From NCBI GenBank assembly GCA_032718475.1, contig JAUCBJ010004696.1, forward strand, positions 1 through 37,327: DNA of 37,327 nt. The letters are read 5' to 3'. Shown here one piece after another: positions 30,188 through 37,327 of the stretch. Each line of letters opens with the position of its first letter. Positions within the stretch are counted from its first letter, which is position 1. This DNA is from Nemertoderma westbladi. Its lineage: Eukaryota; Animalia; Xenacoelomorpha. Both the position numbers and the translations under genes were made by a program. A model generated the notes under the pieces. The model was not told where the DNA came from. It searched no databases and saw only the letters and a program-made list of their open reading frames with translations.

Positions 30188-33100
30188 ATGAATAATATTC
30201 ATAGCAAAGACCTTAAGTTGTGTTCGTATAATTGCTCTGGTCTTAATAATAATCGCCTGGTAATTGACAACTTATGCAATACTCATGATATTGTTTTCCT
30301 ACAGGAAACGTGGCTCTATCAGCAAGACCTATCTAACCTAAATAATATACATAACGATTTTTTTGGACTGGGAATTTCCTCAGTTGACCTATCCAATGGG
30401 CCCCCAGTGTTGGGCGGCCTCATGGGGGCCTTGCGGTTCTCTTTAGGAAAAAACTGTCTTCTTGCATTAAATTAATTAATACTAATAATAACCGTATACT
30501 AGGATGTATAATTAATGATAAATTACCTAATTCTACCATTTTTCTAAACATTTATTTTCCGTGTGACAGCTATGATAATCCTGACTTATTTGACGATCTA
30601 TTGGGCCAATGTGAAGCCATTGTTTCTGAATTCCCTAGTAGTCGTTCTTGTATATTAGGGGATTTTAACGCTGACCCTGGTCGCAACTTTGGAGCTAAAC
30701 TTAAAAGTTTCTGTGTAGACGCAGAGTTAACATTGGTAGACCTTGATCTATTGCCTTGTAATTCTTTCAGTTTCATAAGTAACGTTCATGATACTGTGTC
30801 TTGGCTTGACCATATTTTATCCTCTAAAGATTTTTATAGTAATATAGTAAGTGTTAACCTACTGTATAGTTTAGTGGGTGATGGCCATGTGCCACTATCC
30901 ATCTCCTGTCAATTATATCCTACAATTGAATATGACTCAGTGCTTCCTGGTGCATCTGTACATAGGGCTAATTGGGCTAAGGCGACGCCTGAAAATCTCC
31001 GAAGTTATTCCAATAATGTAAACAATTTGCTATGTAACTTAGATCTCCCTGAGGAGGCTATTTATTGTTGTGATGCGCACTGTTGTAACCGTGACCACAA
31101 TGCTTCCCTCGTTAAATGCTACTCTAATGTTGTAAATGCTCTACAAAATGCGAACCGATCTAATATTCCCTCTAACAAAGCTGGAGTGCATAAAAACCCT
31201 CCTATTCCAGGTTGGAATGATCTTGTAAAAGAAAAACGCTCTGCCTCTCTAGAAGCCTTCCATATATGGCGAGAAAACGGTCGCCCGCGTTCCGGAATTA
31301 TCTGGGAAGTTAAAAGGAAAACCTCTGCCCAATATAAACTTGCTCTTAGGAATTGTAGAAAGCAAGAATCTACTTTACAGAATGATAAACTCGCTAAGTC
31401 GTTTCTTGGTTCTTCTAAAGATTTTTGGTGCAATGTCAAGGCACATAATAATTCAAAATTACCGCGTGCTAGTAATGTTGGCGGGGCTCACTCCGAAGCT
31501 GAGATCTCTGACCTGTTTGGTAGGAAATACAGCGATATTTTTAACTCTGTATCTGCGGATCCTATTGATATTTCATTTCTAAATAATACCTTTACCTCTT
31601 GGGATGGGTCCGATAGGCCGCATATAAGTGCGGCGAATGTGACCAATGCAATTAAGGACGTTGAGCCTGGAAAGGGAGCTGGCCCCGACGGTATAAGTCC
31701 CGAATCTCTGAAATTTGCAGGAAATCGCCTCCCTGTTATATTATGCCTCTTGTTTAATAGCTTCCTCACCCATGGCTTCCTGCCTCAGTCATTAATATCC
31801 TGTAACCTGATCCCAGTTGTGAAAAACAAGAACTGCTCGTTGTCCGATGATAACAACTACAGGCCTATTGCAACTGCTTCATCACTGTCTAAAGTTCTAG
31901 AACACTGTTTACTCCCCCACATTAAATCACACGTTAACCTAACTAGCAATCAATTTGGTTTTCAAACAAACCTAGGCACTGAAACTTGTGTCTTTGCCCT
32001 TAAGGAATCAGTTCATATGTACGTTAGGGCGGTGCGTTTTTTACTTTTTTTCGATTTCATTGTTCTACCGGTGCACAAAAGTTGCCAAATGGTAAAAAAA
32101 TAAGGCAAAAAATTTTTTTTAAATTTCGTCTTCGTCTATATCTTCACGGATCCCAAGAGGGTTGAAATTTTGTGCCATCGCGATGCACCATAATGAAATT
32201 TATAACATTATAACACATTGATAAAAGATCAATGACTCAAAAAAGAACTTCCTGCATGCATCAAATGTCATCAAATGGGTCCAAACTTAGTTAGATACCA
32301 AAATTTTAATTTTTGGATCAAGGGAACTAGTGCCACAGGCACGTGGCCAGAACCTACCATTTGGCGCAAGTGATGATTATTCTCAATTTTCGCGATGGCC
32401 AACTTTGAGTTCTCCTACTGCATTCATATTATGCTCATTAGAACCGCAATGGCCGATTTAGTGGGGGTAGACACCTTCAAAACAAACGTAGAGCGAATAG
32501 TTCTTGAGATATCGCAGAAAATATGAAGTACGGCACAAGTCTATATTACCGCCTTGATGTGATATGGACAAATACACAATAAATGATATTTTGAATTATC
32601 TCAAGGAATCAAAAAATAGACACATCACAGAAATGATCGATATAGTGGGTGAAGACACCTTCAAAATAAGAGTAGAGTCATTAGTTCTTGAGTTATTTTA
32701 CAAAATGTCAAGACTATGTCCACCAATTACTACTTGATATTGAGTTGACCCATTCCACACATTTTGTACAAAAACTATAGTGAATTATGTACTATTCTTT
32801 AATTTTGAAGGTCTCTGTATAAACTAAATCAATTTGTTGCAGTTATGTGTATATTTTTGATACCTTAAGATAATTAGAAGTAACATTTTTGTGTATTTGT
32901 CCATATCGCATCAAGGCGGTAGTGTAGACTTGTGCCGCACTTAACATTTTCTGTAATATCTCAAGAACTATTCGCTCTATGCTTGTTTTGATGGTGTCTA
33001 CCCCCACTAAGTCGGTCATTGCGGTTCTAATGAGCATAATAATAATGCCGTAGGAGAACTAAAAGTTGTCCATCACCAAAATTGAGAATAATCATCACTT

Positions 33101-34384
33101 GCGCCAAAGAGTAGGTTCTGGTCATGTGCCTGTGGCACAACTTCCCTTGATCCAAAAATTAAAATTTTGGTATCTAACTAAGTTTGGACCCATTTGATGA
33201 CATTTGATGCATGCAGGAAGTTCTTTTTTGAGTCATTGATCTTTCATCAATGTGTTATATTGTTATAAATTTCATTATGGTGCATCGCAATGGCACAAAA
33301 TTTCAACCCTCTTGGGATCCGTGAAGATATAAACGAAATTTAAAGAATTTTTTTTTGCTTTATTTTTGTACCATTTGGCAACTTTTGTGCACCGGTAGAA
33401 CAATGAAATCGAAAAAAAGTAAAAAACGCACCGCCCTAATGTACGTATCATGTGACTCGCCGGTGTATGCTGCCTTCCTTGATGCGTCTAAGGCGTTTGA
33501 TAAAGTTAACTACTATAAGTTGTTCAAAAAGATGTTCGATCTTAGGATTTCCGTCTGTGTGATTAGAATATTATTTTTCTGGTATACCAACCAGCTTATT
33601 TCAGTATCTTGGGGCTCGTCTCAAAGTAAATGGTTCACAGTCGGCAATGGCGTTCATCAGGGAAGTTTGATTTCCCCGATTTTGTTCAATATCTATCTCG
33701 ATGAACTGAGTCAGCGTCTTAACAGTTCTAAAGTGGGCTGTATAGTATCGAAATTCCTGATTAATCACCTTTTATACGCTGATGACCTTTGTCTCATTTC
33801 TCCTAGTATCTACGGTCTCCGTGGCCTCCTCCGCATCTGCGAGAATTATGGACTGCAGTTCGACATCTCCTTTAATCCGACGAAGTCGAAGTGTATGTAT
33901 TTCTCCCCAACTAAATTCGGCCGCATGGGTGATGTATATTTGAACGGAAAGATTCTAGAATGTGTTAAAGAATATACTTATTCGCCATTATTATTATTAT
34001 GCCAAGCGATCTCTTTATTGTAGAGGAAACCAGCTCTCCCGTATGTTTTCGAAGTGCAGTTTACCTATAAAGACTCTTCTCTTTAAGGCTTATTGCTATT
34101 CGCTATATTGTGCATCCGTATGGTCGACTTTCCGTGTAGAGTGTCTGCGGTTCGTTAAGGTGGCGTACAACTCTGCATTCAGACATCTATTTGGGTATAG
34201 GCGTTGCGACGACGCTGACACAATATTTGTCTGCCCCCGTGTTAACAACTTCAAAGCTGTCAGCCGGGTACTGGCATTCTCATTGCATAATCGCGTCGCA
34301 ATTTCCTGCAATCCAATCCTTGTAGCTTGTGCAAACTTAGGTTACTCATCTCTCACTGATCGATGGGATGTGCTGCTTCTGTAA
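30188..34384 (+). pseudogene. LINE ORF2 (APE endonuclease plus reverse transcriptase), frameshifted and split by a hAT insertion
   Basis: SYNCSG, LQETWL, GDFNAD, WLDHIL, GPDGI, NYRPIA, QFGF, FLDASKAFDKV, GVHQGSLISP, YADD. Removing 32025-33438 and one TSD joins ...HMYV to SCDSPVYAAF. Confidence 0.92.
32025..33438. mobile_element. Non-autonomous hAT-type DNA transposon with about 600-bp inverted arms
   Basis: TAGGGCGGTGCG...CGCACCGCCCTA termini; 8-bp TSD ATGTACGT at 32017-32024 and 33439-33446; arms at about 32025-32625 and 32843-33438. Confidence 0.93.
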
Positions 34385-35144
34385 TGCTCACCCCCCACTT
34401 CATGGCTTGCCCCTACATTATCGCGGCCTTCTCATATTTCAAATCCTTGCAAATATTATATAATATGAATTAATTCAATGTATATCTTATTATTATTTTT
34501 TTTTTGAATACATCACACCTGAGCGACCGGTACTCAATTTTAATATTTAATAATAATATTTTGAATTCAGTAATGGGAATTGCTATTCTTTCGGTATTGG
34601 TTGGGCAGTGCCTGAGTGTATCTTTTTTTGTTTTTTTTTTGAATAATATTGTGCTTTCAAATTGAAAATGCGGTACCTTGGATATCGATTTAATTTAGTA
34701 TTCTATATAGTATTCAATGTATCCTTGTGCATTTAGGTATTAATTGTGCTATGCTGTTAAATTTGGTAGAAATAATCTGTACAGTATGTTTTATGGGCTC
34801 TGCCCGATGAATAAACTTGAAATTGAAATATTTGTATGTACGATGGAATGTATTTACGCCGTACCTGCAATATTAAGTATGCAATAATTAGATAGTGATT
34901 ATTTTATATTTTAGGCCCTACCAGTAGATTTAGAAATATTTGTAAATAGTTCGTATTTCGATTGGTGAAAACAGTCTTACTTACTGTTTTCATGGAGCGG
35001 TGATGAATTATTTCACTATAAGATAGCATTTATAGTTTAACTTTAACGTAAAAACTTTCGAAAATCCGACGCATTTTGAGTAAGTTACAGTAATGTAATA
35101 TGCCTATTCATATTTGTACACATAAAGCCCCTAGTTACTCTCGT

Positions 35145-35228
35145 GGCGTAGTGGTCAGATGGTTAAGGCGTTGGTTACATTACAGATAGGTTACGAGTAC
35201 GAATCCCGGTCGGGAAATTTGTATTTTG
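35145..35228 (+). ncRNA. tRNA-derived Pol III module in the element B LTR
   Basis: TGGTCAGATGGTTAAGGC (A box/D-arm) at 35152-35169; GAGTACGAATCC (B-box variant) at 35195-35206; same relative position as in element A. Confidence 0.6.
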
Positions 35229-36144
35229 GGGCAATTTATTTTCATTTGGTGCAGATTGGTGGACCAATGAGATGCGTACAACGTATCGAACAATGAGCCA
35301 GGCCAATCATAGGGCATAGAACATCTTATTGCTCAAATGTGAGGCTATGGAAAATTCTGTTTGGATTCCATGTCCCAGATTTAGTGTAAGGCCGGTTTGC
35401 ATTGAACGATGAGCTGGGCCAATCATAGAACATCTTATTGCTCAAATGTGAGGCTATGGAAAATTCTGTTTGGATTCCATATTTAGTGTATATAAGGGCT
35501 GGTTTGCCTTCGGTTATCACTTCACGTTACCTCGTTATTCCCCTTGTTATAATACGTTAGTCACCTTATCCTTAACTTTGTCGTTTCTTGTTGAAACTGT
35601 TTTGTAAATTTGTTTTGTTAAATCTTTTGCTAAACTGTAAATACACTGTCAACTCCTGAATATGTTTTTCTTTGGTCCAACTTTGGGACAGCCAAACATT
35701 GGGAAGATGGCAGCCTAGACCGTTAGGCCGTCAGCAACGCAGGGAAAGGATGTCCACAACACGCTAGCGCCCACATTAGGTTAGACCGCGCACCCCCTTC
35801 GCCCCTTCGAAATGCTCCAACTTGCCATGCAGCGCCCGCTTTGAGGAAGGTAGGACTTTGTTTGACGCCCTTGCCCGAAGTAAGACCTATAGATCAGGGT
35901 AAGCGTGACGCCGTTCTGGGACGCCGCAAAATTTAGGATCAAATAATTATATTTTAGGCAGAACCCCTTTGTCAGTCCTGCAAATCCCTGGGTCACCTGT
36001 ATACCTCACAGGTAGGTGCAAGCTATTGCCGTTCGTCAGTGCGCAAGTACATATTAGGTACGGACAGCATACGTTTCATAATTTAGTGATTTGTTAGTAC
36101 TGACTGTTTGGTACCGGTTTGCTTTGTAGAACATACATTAGTAC

Positions 36145-36166
36145 ACCCCCCCCCCCCCCCCCCCCC
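36145..36166. repeat. Poly-C tract
   Basis: About 22 consecutive C residues. Confidence 0.9.
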
Positions 36167-37327
36167 TGCCTGAAGTTAGTTATTTGATCAGGCAAGGAGT
36201 ATTTCTGCTACCGGCACACCGCTTGGCCTAGGGAGGTTTTATTAATATCCTACCACGCCTTGCCACGTACTGATAGGTATTTGCTGCTAACTACCGCAGC
36301 AACAAAGTTCTAGAATCAAATTAGTATACCAGATCAGCTAACGTACGGTAGCGATTAACCCCTATTCTTATCTTACAACCAGAATCTGGTATTAGTGCCG
36401 ATCACGGGTGTAGTTACTAACACCGTGGTTGCCCAGTTGAGTTGTGGATAGGAAGGAGAGAGCTTTGATGTCATTTGTAATTATAAAGTTCTACAAAACG
36501 CGACTAGCTTATTTTAGTAGCTAGCGCACGGTATCGTTTTGGTCAGAAAGTTACTAAAACCTAGTGAAAAGGAGATACACCAAAATTGTTTTATTGTAAC
36601 ACACCCACACACACACGCCCTAAAACATATTTACCCTTAGAGTTCTACTAGTTATAGCGCACTTTAGATTACTTTAGGCAGAATTTATCTGTACTTTACT
36701 ATTCGTATTTGTAAATTTAGGATCTGATATTTAGTTACAACAAAGGGGAGTATTTCATTATTTCGTTATTAAACTGTTGTTTTCTGCGCAGCGGTATTGT
36801 TACATTAGGCACGACCTTCTTTAGACTGATTCAGACAGGGAGATCAGTATTGTAACGCTAGGGCTGTGATCCACCTAGCTCGTATATAAACCATATAAAT
36901 CACACCGCGGCAAGTTACGGTATTTAGGACTGTCAGCGATAGTTAGGATTCGCTGCGCGGGGATTGTTTTCCCGTGAGTTTGGTCTGTTACTGTAACTGT
37001 ACATCTGCCATACTGGTTAGAGGACAGGTTTCCTTTTGTCTAGTTCGTAGGCATTAGACCCGCTCACGTACATAGAATAGGCACCAGGCTCTGCTCCTCG
37101 CCAGTAGTAGTTTGTGTACTGTATCTGTTTGTTTAGATATCCTGGACTGGGATTTGTTGTCAGATACTGTACGAGCCCGTTTCATTACTAGAGTCTCACA
37201 GTAAGATACATCGTTACTGGGATCTGGTAAGCGGTATACTACTGGACTTTACGGTTAGAGATATTCTATAGCTTCATATTAGTAGACTTGTAGGCCGTAT
37301 GATAGCCCCTACCGTAGAGGACTTTAC

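Larger units (their letters stand above)
28231..34829 (+). mobile_element. Non-LTR retrotransposon (LINE), RTE-X-like, degenerate
   Basis: ORF1 plus APE-RT ORF2; PGWNDLVKE...AFHIWRENGRPRSG linker; 3' end AATAAAC(TTGAAA)2. Possible target duplication ATTGAAAT(T)ATTTGT at 28223-28237 and 34822-34835. The 5' boundary and clade are tentative. Confidence 0.8.
25031..37187 (+). mobile_element. 3' portion of a diverged relative of element A (element B): ORF3, 3' UTR and long LTR, interrupted by a LINE
   Basis: ORF3 homology to 17480-18965, same hairpin motif, same PPT context, shared LTR blocks. The right boundary is tentative. Confidence 0.8.
35001..37187 (+). repeat. 3' LTR of element B (about 2.2 kb; end uncertain)
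   Basis: Starts TGATGAA right after CATGGAGCGG. Shares the tRNA-like module, CCAAT/TATA layout and conserved blocks with the element A LTR. TTCATTA at 37181-37187 is a near-inverse of the start and lies at the distance expected from element A. Confidence 0.7.

Noticed and set aside
33355-33438. N-terminus MLYFCTIW...KKRTAL of the 222-aa RT ORF
   Set aside because: Derived from the hAT terminal repeat; the true RT frame continues from 32024.

Overview
Eukaryotic (animal-like) repeat-rich DNA made almost entirely of nested transposable elements; no host gene is recognisable. The centrepiece is a full-length 16.7-kb BEL/Pao LTR retrotransposon (4927-21673; 5-bp TSD ATAAT; two near-identical 1908-bp LTRs) with gag-PR-RT-RNase H-IN and an extra third ORF in the env position. 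A diverged relative survives as a 3' portion (about 25031-37187). It is interrupted by an RTE-X-like LINE, which is itself interrupted by a 1.4-kb fold-back hAT element with an 8-bp TSD. A truncated minus-strand BEL/Pao fragment (22412-25030), an 880-bp (CA)n tract and small DNA-transposon remnants are also present. The long-LTR lineage shows a set of unusual features. (i) It lacks a TGG tRNA-type primer-binding site; instead the 11 nt right after the 5' LTR are the exact reverse complement of an 11-mer inside the LTR, suggesting self-priming. (ii) The LTR ends are TA...TA. (iii) A tRNA-derived A/B-box module sits at the same position in both LTR families. (iv) A 20-nt hairpin is dispersed 12 times through coding and non-coding internal sequence of both families. 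(v) An accessory ORF combines a WRN/DEDDy-like exonuclease fold with three CCHC knuckles. All calls are by eye from the sequence and ORF track; no searches were run.
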